Counted from the first letter of the stretch, positions 1-61,007 are shown. The stretch: DNA of 64,000 bases from Lytechinus pictus (GCF_037042905.1 NC_087251.1:8310001-8374000), one strand, 5' to 3'. A program made the numbers and translations. Notes: generated by a model from the sequence alone, not told the origin.

Positions 1-1270
1 TAGACCTAGTCCAAGAAATTTGGACATAATATTAATCAAGTATTACTGAACATCCTACCTTAGATTCAGGTCACATGACCAAGTTCAAAAGTCATTTATG
101 GTAAATGAACTTAGACCATGTTGGGGGGATCATTATCAAAATCTTAAGTTTTTAAAATGTCATCATAACTTAGAAATTATATGGACCTAGTTCATAAACT
201 TGGTCAGCAGCTCTATCTCAAAATATCAGCCTTCACGTAGTCTTCGCTCATCATCTGATGCTCTATTGCTCCAGACACCCAGAACAAAACACAAATGGGG
301 GACCCTGCATTCTCTGTTATAGGACCATAGCTATGGAATCAACTGCCTATCCAATTACGCCAAATTTCATCAACAGAAGCATTCAAGTCCCAGTTGAAAA
401 CTTGTTTAATCTCCCATAAACAGTTTAATATTGTGTTTATTCAGGAGAATTCAAATTCTATTCTTTTTTGTTTTCTATTGTTGTGTTTTGTGTTTATTTT
501 CCATGAGCGCCATGAGCACAGAAAGGTGGACCTGTGCGCTATACAAGTAGCCACCATTATCATTATTATCATTAAGGGTAATCAAGTATTACTGAACATC
601 CTGCCTGAGTTTCGAGTCACATGACCAAGGTCAAAGGTCATTTAGGGTCAATGAACTTTAACCAAGTTGGGGGTATTTGTTGAATGATCATCATAACTTT
701 GAAATTTTATGGATGTTGTTCATAAAACCTTGACATAAGAGTAATCAGGTATTACTGAACATCCTGTGCGAGTTCCAGGTCACATGAACAAGGTCAAAGG
801 TCATTTAGTGTCAATGAACTTTGGCCAATTTGAGGGTATTTGCGGAATTACCATTTTAACTTTGAAAGTTTAGGGATCTGGTTCATAAACCATGGACATG
901 TGAGTAATCAAGTATCGCTGAATATCCATTGCGAGTTTCAGGTCACATTACCAAAGTCCAAGGTCATTTAAGGTCAATGAACTTTGGCCATGTTGAAGGT
1001 AATTGTTAAATTGCCATCATAACTTTGAAAGTTTATGGATATAGTTTATGAAATGTGGGTGTAAGGGTATCAAGTATTACTGAACATCCTGCCTGAGTTT
1101 CAAGTCACCTGACCAAGGTCAAAAGTCATTTAGGGTCAAAGAACTTTAACCAAGTTGGGGGTATTTGTTGAATGATCATCATTACTTTGAAATTTTATGG
1201 ATCTGGTTCATAAAACCTTGACATAAGAGTAATCAGGTATTACTGAACATCCTGACCTTGACCTTGATGC
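1..1270 (+). mobile_element. Partial HINE/Helentron-associated element copy 1 (about 160-bp internal repeats)
   Basis: Same repeat units (aggtcacatgaccaaggtcaaaggtcatttagggtcaatgaact) as the full copies; termini not visible. Confidence 0.8.
207..571 (+). mobile_element. 5'-truncated CR1/L2-type LINE 3' end inserted into the HINE repeat
   Basis: Translates QPSRSLRSS...WGDPAFSVIGP*LWNQLP...FKSQLKTCL, typical of the ORF2 C-terminus, followed by a CATTAT/ATT-type tail. The host repeat resumes at taagggtaatcaag. Confidence 0.75.
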
Positions 1271-1284
1271 ATTTAATTAGTCAT

Positions 1285-1482
1285 AAGGATAATAACAATA
1301 ATGATTATGATAATGATAATAACGATAATTATGAAAATAATATTAATGATAATGATAATAATGATGATTAGCCTATTGGTGATGATGATGGTGATGATAA
1401 TGATGATGATAATGATGATGATAATTATAAAAATAATAATGATAAAAATAATGATAATTATGATAAAAATTATAATAATAGT
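1285..1482. repeat. (ATA/ATG)n microsatellite
   Basis: Direct reading. Confidence 0.9.
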
Positions 1483-1582
1483 AATATGGAACTGATATAT
1501 ATTACAATGTTTGTAATATTTGTTTGTGCTGCATGATATTATCCCAGTTTTATTTGCATGAGAATACCCATTTCCTACACGA

Positions 1583-1741
1583 GGGTCCCATTGCATAAAA
1601 ATGACTATTATGTTAACTTTGCCATGCAATGGTAGCTGATCAACCAGATGCTGTTCTACAGCCAATCGAAATCAAGGATTCCATGCAAATTACCACTGGA
1701 TGGCAAAGTTACCATAATGGTAACTTTTATGCAACAGGGCC
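1583..1741. mobile_element. Short palindromic MITE-like element (possibly PIF/Harbinger type)
   Basis: ttgcataaaa...aactttgccat and atggcaaagtt...ttttatgcaa form inverted arms. Confidence 0.5.
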
Positions 1742-1744
1742 GAG

Positions 1745-1866
1745 GATGGATAGTGGCTAATTTAAAAAGAAATGCCTTTCCAAAGGACACAAGTGCTAAA
1801 GAAGGATTTGAACTACAGGCTTTGTGGTTCGAAGTTGGGAGACTTATCCACAGAGTCACAACGCCT
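1745..1866 (-). mobile_element. tRNA-derived SINE 5' fragment
   Basis: Reverse strand shows A-box-like tgactctgtgg, B-box-like gttcaaatcc and a downstream gtgtcctttggaaaggcattt motif. Confidence 0.5.
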
Positions 1867-2938
1867 TGACAGTCATCGTTTAGACACAAATCATTCAGTA
1901 TGATTTTGTATGTGTGTCTGAACAAAGCGCCTGTCTTTATCAAAGCTGTTCAGCACGAAATATTGTATTGACCTGAAAATGATTCTCAAACTTTTACCTA
2001 AAGGGCTACGTGCTTGTTGCACATAGGCCGCTAGTTCTGCCAACTTTCTGATGTTTATTTAGAGATAAGATAAGATACCTGTTATGCTCTCTGTCTGAAA
2101 ATCATAACCTTTATACACAGTGAGCTTTACTTGAGTGGAAAATAAGTCCAAATTTTTAAAGAATTCTTTCTACATTTATCTTGTTCTCAATTTCTTTTCT
2201 TTTTTTTCTTTCAAATTTTCACTTGGTCAATTGACAAATCTCATTTTGACCTGTTTTTATTGTTATATTCAGTGATGTGCCCGATAGATAGAATTGAACA
2301 ATGATATGATAGAGTGAGAGAGAGAGAAAAGGGAGAGGGGAGAGAGAGGGAGGGAGGGAGAGAGAAAGAGAGGGAGAGACATAAGGAAGGGGAAGGGCTT
2401 GAGTCATGTAAAATATTATGCCTTCTCCATTTTATGTAATTTAAGACAATGAGGAATAGAGCCTGAGTAATTTATTGTCTGATTTGTAGCAGTGGAACTG
2501 ATGTGCTTTTGCTGATGAATATGAATGATTATGTACTAATACATCTTTGTATAAATACAGCTTTAAAAACTTTTTTTATATAAATTGTTGTACTAGTGTC
2601 ATTTTATTGTGCATATGCATGTGAATTTTGCCATTTTTAGGGGGCCATTTAAAAAAAAATGTTGCAGTGTTGCATATTATTGTACTCGTGTCATTTTATC
2701 TTACATGCATTTATAATTTTGCCATGGGGATGGGGGCCTTTTTAAAACTATGTTGCACCTTTTTTTTGTATTAGCGTCATTTATTGTGCACCTGCATTTA
2801 TAATTTTGCCACTGGTAGAATGGAAAATAGATTTTATGATAACACATGATGTGTGTAGGGAAAAGAGCCAGAGTGAAGTAGAAGAAGTTTGAGTTTGGAT
2901 CACAGTGCCAAGAGAAAGGGGATGAACAAAAAAAAATT

Positions 2939-3681
2939 GTGCAGGCGTACCAACAGCTGAAGTTTTTCACATGAACAAAGCAAACCCGATAGAAACTTTG
3001 TATGCATAGCAAAATAACGATATTTGTTGATGAAAATAACCAACTGATCAATATTAAAACAGAATTACATGGAATAGTTATAGTTGGAGTTTGGTGCATG
3101 AGCTAATGGCCCTAGGAAGCGGGGGTGCTGGAGCACCCCAATATTCCTTGGGCCTGCTGCGTTCATTCTTCTCCATTATTTCTCCAATTGAGAAATGTAA
3201 CGAAAATTACCTACACTTTGGAGTGAAAACCCCCCTTTTTTGTTGTCAAATTTACATCAGCACCTCCTGTAAAAAAAAAATGAAAATCGCTCCCAATGCC
3301 CTTCATGAACTTCATTTTCCAACTATAACTATTCCATGTAATTCTGTTTTAATATTGATCAGTTGGTTATTTTCAGTTTATGTATAGTAATCAATGTTTC
3401 AATGGTCGACACAGTTTAAAGAAGAATGGCCAAAGATTGCCTCGAAAATGGCAGTTCTTTGGCGCAATAATGATTATTATAATTATTCAGGATAAAACTC
3501 TCTTTCATGTGGTGTACATGAATTAACTGTTTAAAAATGATTGCTTAAATAATTTGCAATTGTTTAGGCGTAAACTTTTATTTTCATCAACAAATATCAT
3601 TGTTATTTTGCTATGCATACAAAGTTTCTATCAGGTTTGCTTTGTTCATGTGAAAAACTTCAGCTGTTGGTACGCCTGCAC
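2939..3681. mobile_element. MITE with about 150-bp inverted arms
   Basis: 2939-3088 is mirrored by 3318-3375 plus 3581-3681 (gtgcaggcgtaccaacagctg...cagctgttggtacgcctgcac). Confidence 0.75.
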
Positions 3682-3793
3682 CTTTTCTTTTCAACAGCGA
3701 CGCTATTCAAACAAAACCCTGTGGTAACTTCTAGATCGGGCCTAATAGTTTGATGAACCTTACATGTCTTATCTTCGTACTGTATTCTAAGGC

Positions 3794-5160
3794 CTTGTCA
3801 TCTCATCACCCCTTTACAAGAAGCAGACATGACGAGTTCCAAGATCTTGTCATCTTATCACCCCTTTACAAGAAGCAGACATGACGAGTTCCAAGATCTT
3901 GTCACCTTATCACCCCTTTACAAGAAGCAGACATGACGAGTACCAAGATCTTGTCATCTTATCACCCCTTTAAAAGAAGCAGACATGACGAGTTCCAAGA
4001 TCTTGTCACCTTATCACCCCTTTACCAGAAGCAGACATGACGAGTTCCAACATCTTGTCACCTTATCACCCCTTTACAAGAAGCAGACATGACGAGTTCC
4101 AAGATCTTGTCATCTTATCACCCCTTTACAAGAAGCAGACATGACGAGTTCCAAGATCTTGTCACCTTATCACCCCTTTACAAGAAGCAGACATGACGAG
4201 TTCCAAGATCTTGTCATCTTATCACCCCTTTACAAGAAGCAGACATGACGAGTTCCAAGATCTTGTCACCTTATCACCCCTTTACAAGAAGCAGACGTGA
4301 CGAGTTCCAAGATCCTGTCATCTCATCACCCCTTTACAAGAAGCAGACGTGACGAGTTCCAAGATCTTGTCATCTTATCACCCCTTTACAAGAAGCAGAC
4401 ATGACGAGTTCCAAGATCTTGTCACCTTATCACCCCTTTACAAGAAGCAGACATGACGAGTTCCAAGATCTTGTCATCTTATCACCCCTTTACAAGAAGC
4501 AGACATGACGAGTTCCAAGATCCTGTCATCTCATCACCTCTTTACAAGAAGCAGACATGACGAGTTCCAAGATCTTGTCATCTTATCACCCCTTTACAAG
4601 AAGCAGACATGACGAGTTCCAAGATCCTGTCATCTCATCACCCCTTTACAAGAAGCAGACATGACGAGTTCCAAGATCTTGTCATCTTATCACCCCTTTA
4701 CAAGAAGCAGACATGACGAGTTCCAAGATCTTGTCATCTTATCACCCCCTTTACAAGAAGCAGACATGACGAGTTCCAAGATCTTGTCACCTTATCACCC
4801 CTTTACAAGAAGCAGACATGACGAGTTCCAACATCTTGTCATCTTATCACCCCTTTACAAGAAGCAGACATGACGAGTTTCAAGATCTTGTCACCTTATC
4901 ACCCCTTTACAAGAAGCAGACATGATGAGTTCCAAGATCTTGTCACCTTATCACCCCTTTACAAGAAGCAGACATGATGAGTTCCAAGATCTTGTCACCT
5001 TATCACCCCCTTTACAAGAAGCAGACATGACGAGTTCCAAGATCTTGTCACCTTATCACCCCTTTACAAGAAGCAGACATGATGAGTTCCAAGATCTTGT
5101 CATCTTATCACCCCTTTACAAGAAGCAGACATGACGAGTTCCAAGATCTCGTCATCTCGT
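3794..5160. repeat. 52-bp minisatellite, about 26 highly similar copies
   Basis: Unit cttgtcatcttatcacccctttacaagaagcagacatgacgagttccaagat, head-to-tail with no spacers. Confidence 0.97.
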
Positions 5161-5430
5161 CTTTTTCCCTAAGAGATGTAGACATGACGAGATGATTATC
5201 TGAACATCTGGGTGGTACTTTTAAGTTTGCATAGTGAACTCTTTCCAATATTTTATGCATTGTGCTAATTGGTTGGATGATGATTTCACAAGCTTACATT
5301 CCCTGTCATGCCTGTGTTTTATAATGAAGCTATTAATATTTGGATGTCCTGCTCCAAGAATGAGCTTCAGATACAATGTATATCCTTTATCAAAGTGTGT
5401 TATTTAGAAAACAAACTTGGGGTTGGAAAG

Positions 5431-5560
5431 GATAATAACAATAATAATAATAATAATAATAATAATGATGATAATGATAATAATGATAATAATAATAATG
5501 AAAATAATGAATAATGACAAAGAAGAAGAAAAAGAAGAATGAGAAGAATAATAATAAGAA
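5431..5560. repeat. (AAT)n/(AAG)n microsatellite
   Basis: Direct reading. Confidence 0.9.
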
Positions 5561-6109
5561 ATATTGCATCGTATACATTATTATAGCATCTTAGTAGGAG
5601 ATTTTTGGAATAAGTACTTTTCTTTTATTTCTAATGTGGGAAAGTTTTTCATAGATCTTTAATTCAACCCAATTTTATTTATTTTTGTTAATTGCCATTT
5701 GGTTGAAATAGATGCAGCAGCCCCCCCCCCTATAATCCATGCACCATTATACATGCAGGCATACTATAGTAGTGGAAGTAATGGAAAGGCGTTCCTGAAG
5801 TAAGGATTATTTAGGGTTTTGATTTCTCAGGAGTCGGGCCTGCATTCCCAGCGTTGGTTTTGTAATAGTCTATCTGCGCCTCTTGAATGACATAGGTCAA
5901 ATGTACAATTCAAACCAGAGAAAGAAACTTTTAAATAATATTTTGCAGACATCACTGGATTTGCGTCATCATAATTTTCATATCTTATAATCAGATCAAA
6001 ATTCTATTTTTGAGTTATCGTATTTGCTTTACCCATTTCGAATCACCTGTTTAGTTCACAGCATTCACAAATGAACATGGTATGATCCTTTATTAGTTGG
6101 ATAATAAGA

Positions 6110-6156
6110 GACTCGACATCATTATTCTCATCATCTCTTGACTGCTTGGAAGAAGG
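6110..6156 (+). other. Candidate non-coding 5' UTR exon of the protease gene (5' boundary unknown)
   Basis: Strong donor AGG|GTAAGT at 6157 upstream of the unpaired acceptor at 7485. Confidence 0.3.
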
Positions 6157-6424
6157 GTAAGTCTGTGCACTGCTCCTATAATTTCACTTCAAAAAAGTCA
6201 ATTTTCAGCGATACGCCAGCTTCTTGTTGATCTCAGATTCGGTTTCTTTCTCTCATTCCAGTAAAAGTTTCATCCTCTCTGGAAGACATTTTCAAGCAGA
6301 ATTACATGTGATCATAATCTATCAATGCTTTCTTATTTTTATCAACTGAACTTATAGAATGTGAGCTTTGAAGGTTTGCATGCATGGAGTTATTATACAA
6401 AAGATTACCCAACATTCCTTTTAA

Positions 6425-7167
6425 CCCTAACTAGGCCGGGCTTTTTTGGCTGTTCTGTGGCCGGGGGGGGGGGGGGGGTTGATTCAACCCCCCCCTGAGA
6501 TCTCGGCCGCCGATCGCGTGAGCGCCACAAAAATTTGCATGCTGGTAGTGTGCGATGTAATCTACAAGGCTGTATGGTAAAATTTTCCAAAATAATGAGA
6601 TTTTATTTTATATGAATATATTATGCTAATTTATGCATAAATCATACTTGTTGCTCTAATTCACTAAATGAAGCTCCTAGAATGCTAATTTTTGGTAAAA
6701 ATATTCTTTGTAGCATTCTTAACAATGGCAATTGAAAAAAACTTCGGTTTGGAAATCAATTTCTTATGTATTTCATTGTTTTATGAATTTCTTATGTATT
6801 TCTTTGTTTTTCTTTGTTTTTTCACCAGATTTATTGCACAACCTTTTTAAAATCAATTGCTTTCAGCTGTTTAAAGTAAAAATAATCATATCTTTATGAA
6901 TAAGATGAGAAAACTCAATTTGCATTGACTTTGTACACAAAATCACGTTTTGGAACAATTTTTGGTCTGACATGCACTTACAAAATGTTGCATAATTTCG
7001 GAACCGCGTACCCAGGCGTCATAAATTTGGTCTCAAAAGATGCGCGAGACTTAAAAGTATAAACTCTACGAGTGGCGCAGTCAAAAAATTTCGCGCGGCG
7101 GAATGATCTCAGAAAATGTTGAGGGGGGGGTTGATTCAACCCCCCCCCCCCCCCGGCCATTTTAGGG
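6425..7167. mobile_element. piggyBac-like non-autonomous element
   Basis: TTAA on both sides; CCCTAA...GGCCGGG imperfect TIRs; subterminal G(n)TTGATTCAAC(n) palindromes at both ends. Related fragments at about 36480-36680 and 40700-40990. Confidence 0.75.
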
Positions 7168-7499
7168 TTAAGAATACCTTACACGGTGAAACCGAAAGCT
7201 AATCAGAGAATCGTCTTTAGCTGCAAATTTAATTCATTGTTTTTATTATATATTTCTCTCTTTCGGGGTGGGAAAATCTTAGTAAAAGGTCAGGTTTTTT
7301 TTTTTTTTTTTTGCTTTTTGTTTTTGTTTTTGGTTTACCAAGCAAGTTTCTTCAAATTGTATACCTGAATTGTGTTGTGGGGAAAAATTGGAAATCAAAC
7401 ACGAAATTTTAAAGCTAAGCTATTCGTATAACTTGAATTAACGTTTTGCTGCCAATAGCTTCATATTTGTTGAATTTATTCCTAGGCTGATTGTACAAG

Positions 7500-53985
<46,486 letters not shown>

Positions 53986-54023
53986 AGAAGCTCACAATCT
54001 ACTATCACTTCTAATGACTGATG

Positions 54024-54029
54024 AATAAA
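54024..54029 (+). terminator. Putative polyadenylation signal AATAAA of the protease gene
   Basis: Canonical hexamer starting 39 nt after the stop codon. Confidence 0.6.
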
Positions 54030-54587
54030 ATCATTATCATGATCAATAGTATTCATTGATAAGATTACATATCGATCTATTTGAAGGGAAGTGTATTAGA
54101 ATTGATTGCAATACGAAGCCTAATGGCAACATCGGAAGTTCTCAAGTTACTTTAAATAGATAACACAGTGCCCATTTTCGAACAAAGAGAAAAAAGTTTC
54201 ATAATGGACGATAAGATATGACGTCAAAATAAGGAGAAATTAGTTTTTTTTAAAAAGTTTGTCGACTCCTGAAATAACAGCATGTTGTGCTCATTTGTCT
54301 ATTTCCTACGATAAAAAGGGTAAAGTCTCAGTCCAATCAAGTCCAAAACCAAGCTAAGTAGTTATAAATGAAGAATATACACAAGTCCGCAAAATTTGTT
54401 GAATTGCAATAATTATATACATTTCCACATTTTAAAGATTAGTAAGCAATTAATGTAAGGAGCCTTATTCAATAAAGTAATTTCAAAAGCAGTCAGACCA
54501 AAGTTGTCATCTTGATATAAACTTGGCAAGAGAGAGAGGGAGAGGGGGGGGGTGGGCGGCATGAAGCTGAGAGAAAAGAGAGGAGAT

Positions 54588-54877
54588 CTGGGCCTCATCT
54601 TACAAAGAGTCATGATTGCTCCGGGATTGATCCAATCAATCACAATTAACTATAGTAAGCCAGCAACCACCAATATCTAAAATTCATGCTTGTTCAAAAT
54701 ATTTTCTAGATATGATGCATAGTCATACATCCATTGTTTTCTTTCACATTCAATGTGCTTCTCTTTGTTTAGAAAGGACAATGTGCAAATTTACTGTGGA
54801 TAAAAAAACATATTGATGGATTTCCATGTAGCCGAGGTTGATCGCATAATCGGAACCCTTTGTAAGACGTGGCCCAG
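54588..54877. mobile_element. Harbinger-like MITE
   Basis: ctgggcctcatcttacaaag...ctttgtaagacgtggcccag. Confidence 0.55.
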
Positions 54878-57800
54878 GTGGATGGAGGGAGAGTGGTAGG
54901 ATGGAGAGAGAGGGGGGGGGGGCGGAGAAAGGGAGAGAGCAAGAGAGAGTGAGAAGGTGATGATGACTAGGCTTTCGAGAGGTCACCGATGACTTCATTG
55001 TACGAGAGGAATAACAAAATGTATGAATATACAAACTGACGAGGAGAAATCAGTGGAGCGTTTCATCATGATTTTTGTCCGACAGGTTGTCAGATCTGAC
55101 AACTTCCCTTGATTTTGATTGGCTGAGGAGAGCCGTTAATGTGGTAACTGTCAGACTTGTCAGAAAAATGTCCAACAAGTCCTTTCATGAAACCCTCCCC
55201 AGAGAATTATATTATTTATCTCTCTGGGATAAATAAGTGGAATGTCCTTAGCGGCAATCCGAATGATGAAGTGTTTTAAGGGATTTGGAAGTTTCATCAG
55301 AACTGAATGCACCGCCAGCCTGGACTTAGAAAATACAAAACAATGTTAAAAGATTCTTTTTTAAGTATTGTGTATCATTATCTACAGCACATCATCATTA
55401 ATATTATCATCCTAAAATGATAATTGTAGTACTCATCCTCCTAATGATCATCATCATCCCAATATCATCATCACCATTATCATATTCCTCCTAATCATCA
55501 CTGTCATCACCATGGCCGTTATAATCATCAAAGTCATGCTCCTCCTAATCACCCTCATCCCAACATCGTAATTATCCTACTCATCATCTGCATCATGATT
55601 TTCATTACTGCCATCAGGGCATCCAGTCATTCAGATTTTAAGCATTACAAAATACAAGAAGAACTCAAGACATCACATTAACATTTTCTGTTTTTACTCA
55701 TTTCCATATGTCGTCATATGGATAAACAAAAAAATATCAATACTCCCATAAGAAATAAAGGAAGAGACATCTGCGCAAAACATTTATTCATTTCAAATAT
55801 GCAGAGGTCTTGCACAAACGTTTTCTTACACCCCCTATTTAAAGAAATAGTTGTCTCAAAGCTGGGAAAATTGCAATATTTAATCTCTATGATATTCTCT
55901 CAGTAGAATATACAGACAAAATGTACACTATATTTACAGATATAACAAGTTGTACAACTTGAACCAAGAAAAACAAAAATATTCATACTGATACAATTGC
56001 TAGAAATTTAGTCACTATATTTTCAAAAGAGGAATTGCTTCTTGCTATCACATATCTAATTTACCTGTCGTAGCTTTACCATACCTGTACACTAGTGCAA
56101 AAAACCTTTAAGTGAATACTTTGTTATTTTTCATTTTTTATACAACACATATTCCCATGTCACACACACACATAAATATAAACAGAAATGATTGGGATCA
56201 GAGTTATCAATGTGCCCATATAGCTCATCATTTACAAATGTTAAGCACCTCTTTAAGAACTAGCTTTTTATGTCTCTAGATAGTAACATTTTCTTTTTTC
56301 ATCTAGATTTTGAAAGATTACTTGAAGTTCACTTTAAAATATTGACAGGATAGTGATTAGTTGAATACTTTGTGACCATGACATGATACTCTATCACAGC
56401 TTTATAACAACGTACTTATAGCAAACATACTAAAGAAAATGAAGTGCAAATAATCAAGCAATTCTATTTGAATTACATCTATAGCAATAAAGGGCTTAAT
56501 GGATTATCAATTGCAGGCAGTAATAATAAATGCCTTAGTGCCCTCACCAGAAATGAAATACTTTGCATATTTGAGTAAAATTATCAAAATATTCAATTGG
56601 AACATTGAATCAAATAAAATTAGTTCATTCTTTATAGAATGTATTGTATTACTGCTGACACAGTAATTGAAGTGATAGACTATTGGCTCCAAATCTAATA
56701 TCATTGCTTCTTACATGTATGTGTGCATGCATATGGGATACGATTGAACTTAAACTTCTGATCAGAGACAAAACAGAAACAAGGAACTAGTCATACAACT
56801 GCAACCTGTAAATTTTGACCTAATGAACGTAAATTCCAGTATGATATTTGATATGTCAAATGGTTATGATGATATCACAAAAACCAAATGAGATGGACGG
56901 ACCACCCAAATGTTTCCAACCCAAAACTTTGGAGGATGGAACATGAAAGGTAACTTACTTTCGTCATTAAAAAATGAGCATTCGCTTGCACTTTCCCACT
57001 CAAGAGGAAAAATCAATAAAGTAAGATATGTACAATTTCATAAAGTCTAGAATTGGTGAACATCATAATTAGCAGCAATCTCAGCTGAACAAAATATACC
57101 AGGCCTACTGCTCAATCATATGAAAAAAAAAAGAAATCAAAGATTTGTTAGAAAAATATTTCAACAAAATAGTTAAGATATGGGAAATAGTTGTTTAGAA
57201 AGTATGAAGTCTAGTCCAAACATGGTGCCTCGAAACTCAGCAACATTTTTTTTAAACAGTCATTAGGATATTAGGTATCCAAATATACATAGCAGAGGCA
57301 AGCATCATTTAACAGAAATCTGCAAACTAAGTATTAAAAATAGTTAGTGCAAAATCTCAACAATATGGCTCAAAATAATCATTCCTGAGTTGCTTGGACA
57401 ATCTGATGACACCATTCAACATGACTCATGTAATAACAAAATTGTTATGAAATAACCAATACCATAATAGCAAAATCTTTATGATGTCTATAAAGCAATT
57501 TCAGACTTTTTGAGGCTTGAAGCATACAATGATTAGCAATTTAGCATTATTGATGCAATTTGCCTCACCATGTATGAAAACTATGTTTAAAAAAGTGCTG
57601 AGGTTTTGGGGCATCATATCTGAATGAGTCCAAAAGTGGATAAGATATATGTGCGGTTACACACGAGGTGTTCATCAAAACTTATTCTCCATTTACAAAG
57701 CATCAATATTCACACAAGCAGGTCTAATGAGGGACATACCTCATACAGCTTTGTAAGTATTGAAAGTCAGTTGCATGCTAATAACCAAAATTGAATTCTT

Positions 57801-59827
57801 CGCAGGTTCCTAGAAATAATAAATTAAGAAAATACAACATAAATAAAAAACAACACCACAAAAAAAGAACACACACACAAAAGTATATCTCCAAAGTTTC
57901 TTTGACCCTTATAGACTGATAAAAACGTTCCTCCATTGTTTAAGAGGTAAAGTAAGAGGGAAGGGGCAGCAAAAATTGACAAAAATGCGACAGGACCAAT
58001 TCATACTCAAACCCTTTTCATGATTAACATCACTACATTTTAGAATTCTGTTTAATCTTTATGCCATTCATAAATAACCAACATTTCAAATAATAAAAAG
58101 TTTAGAAGTTGCATCATACTGAATATATATGTACATATTCAGCTTATATATACATACAAATTTACTGGTTTATCTAAGAATATGCAACTAATAAAACATA
58201 TTGTTAAAATATATGAATACATAATAACTTTCCCTGTTGGATCAAATCCTGAACTTCCATCATTAACATCACCAATTTTTTTTTTTTTTGTATTTAGCTG
58301 CATTATATTGCAGAGGCAGTGACAGTTTGAACCATATCTAAGTTGATTTAATTCCTCTCACTCCTCTCCCCTACAAGTATTAATTTCATACAAAAATTAC
58401 TACATAGAAGTGTTGTTCATTAAAAAAGTATACCCAACTTCTTATTTATACATTTAACTGTGTTACTGTGAATTATCTACATCTTGCTATAAAAAGTGAA
58501 TGATTTCCTATCTAAAGATATCTCATTCATATAATTCCTGCCATGGATGACTGAGCAGCGACCATATGAAGTCAAATTCTGCTTGTACCAAGTTAAGGAT
58601 AACTTTAAAAAAGTTGGATTATATACCGGTCTTGGCCATATGCATGTGTTACAACAATTAAAGTTATTGTATAAACCAGAAAAATACATTTTGATCAGAA
58701 TCAGATGAAGAATAATCTGCTAAATTATTTTATTAAAATTAGTAATTCTTCAGGTATTATAAGCCTGGTATGCCATTAGAGGAAAGTTTTTTTTTTTTTT
58801 TATTACAATACACATGCTAAGATGTACTTATCTGTGTTGGTGATGAAAGGAATACTCGACTTTCAGCTAGTTTCATCATTCAATATGTGACTTGCCCAAA
58901 ATGTGTAAAAAATTCATTCATTGTATGATGATTGATTTTTCAATTTCAAACTTCTGCTCACTACAGATTCATAAAACCTTTAGAAGTGAAACAAGGGAAA
59001 CCAGATGATGAATAAAATATTGACAGTCAAACTTTTGGGGGGGGGAAATCAATATCCCAGGTACAATTTGTAAAAAATGACTTCATAATTTGAAAAAAAA
59101 ATGACTAACAATGAATATAAAAATAATGTTACCATGAAAGAAAGAATTTCATAATTTACATTCAATGGAATGGAGCCCTTCTTTTCCATGGAATTTTGAA
59201 TTGTCACATTTTCTTCAAAGAATTAAAGTCAGTTATTTGAAGACAGTGACACCAATGACTGTGCAAGGCCTTGGGCATATGCTTTTGTTTTCATTTCTGG
59301 CTTAGTATGACAATTTCTACACATTATTTTTAAAAGCCAACTGCTCAGTCATCCATGACAACAGAGTCATGAAATTGAGAACAAAACACTAATAGAGTAT
59401 AAAGAATTCATAGTAAAACAGTTTAATACTGAAGCAATGAGAAGATTCAGTGGTTGGGTAAAAGTTTCATTAATATGCACAGTAATAAAGGAATAGCTGA
59501 ATTACAATTCAACAAACCTTTCCATTTAAATTGGAAGTTTAAGCTCACTACACACTAAATGATCAGAATATTGTCTGAATTTAGAAAAGTCTTAGAGATA
59601 GAATTTCACATAAAAATTCAAATATTTATTTTTGGGTGTGTCACAATCTGCAAAGTTATTTAAAAGAAATCATATTCTTAGATTATATTTAGAAACAAAA
59701 TTAACGAAATGGTCTAATCCCTTCAAACTAATGTGACTTCTATTAAACCGAATCCTACATGTATACGTGTTAAAGAAGATATGTGTAATAGAGTGGCCTA
59801 AGAATGGAGCTATTGCAGCTGCATTAA

Positions 59828-61007
59828 AGGGGAGTTCACCCTGACAACAAAATTTGTTGCAAACATACCAGAAAAAAAAACAATAAAATATACCTGTAAG
59901 ATTTTGAGGAAAATCCATTAAAGATTTTAAAAAAGTTATTATAAATTTAAGTTTCAGATTTGTGACATATATGAGCAGCTGCTCCATATGTTATATAAGA
60001 TGCATAAATTTTTATTTTTCAATGGGTCATAATGACTAAACACCTTTTTCTTTTAGGAACGGGTGTGAAATACTTTGTCTGTTGATTTTTATTTCATTCA
60101 AGATATATGGGAAGCTGCTTACATATGACATAAACAATCCGAAAATCAAAAATTGTAATTACAGTCCGACATCTCTTATCCGGCCTCTCCCTTATCCGGC
60201 TCTCTCTATTGTCCGGGCGCACACTTGCCAAGATTTTTTTCAATCTTTTACGTGGGGAAATAAGATTTCAATTTAAAATTAAAATTCCTACTCACTCACT
60301 TGATTACATACATTTTCCAACATAGTTTACCTACAACCACATTTTTTTATGAAAATATCTTACCAAATCACTGAAAGAACTTAAGGCAGGATAATTTTCC
60401 AATAAATCAGGGCACAGCGCAACCATCTTATCACATCCTTTTTTTTTCTTTGCGGGGGGGGGGGGGGGGGGGGACATAACGTCTCGCTCGCTAGTGCTAG
60501 GCCTCGATACAGGCAGCACCATCTACCATGTTTGAGCCAACAGTCTAACAATGGCTGACTTTGCGAAGCTGCGATGCCCGCCGCGATGATCCAATTTTCA
60601 AATTTAGTGTCAAATCATTCTTTCTTTCGACGTATGCTTGATGTATTCCTCTATCATTTCAGCAGGTAAATTATCCAAGAGTTTTGGCAACCAATCGATT
60701 TCATTTCCATAAAAAAACGCCTATAATATGCACTGACACTGCAGTGAATAATGTCTGTGTAAGCCCACTACAATAGATTACGTGTTGCTATCATTGGGGA
60801 GGCGCAGCTACGTATACTTAATATTGGGTCTCCCAGATCGGGATAAATCCCTTATCCGGATTGGTGCTGGTCCCAACGTGTCCGGATAAGAAAGGTCGGA
60901 CTATACCTTTTAAATCTTTCATAGGTTTCCCTCAAGCCTTCACCAATTATTTTTATAATTTTTCTACTATTTTTACAATAACCTTTTTGTCAGAATGAAC
61001 TTCCCCT
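59828..61007. mobile_element. Kolobok-like MITE (TTAA TSD) hosting a TA-inserting MITE
   Basis: ttaa|AGGGGAGTTCACCCTGACAA...TTGTCAGAATGAACTTCCCCT|ttaa. Confidence 0.75.
60162..60903. mobile_element. pogo/Tc1-mariner-like MITE copy 1
   Basis: ta|CAGTCCGACATCTCTTATCCGG...CCGGATAAGAAAGGTCGGACTA|ta; colinear with 62241-62977. Confidence 0.8.

Noticed and set aside
1273..1665. Poly-Ile/Met ORFs (also the poly-Asn ORF at 5308-5514)
   Set aside because: Translations of trinucleotide microsatellites.
3794..5160. CRISPR array
   Set aside because: Units are head-to-tail with no unique spacers, there are no cas genes and the context is eukaryotic. The ORFs at 4661 and 4922 are repeat translations.
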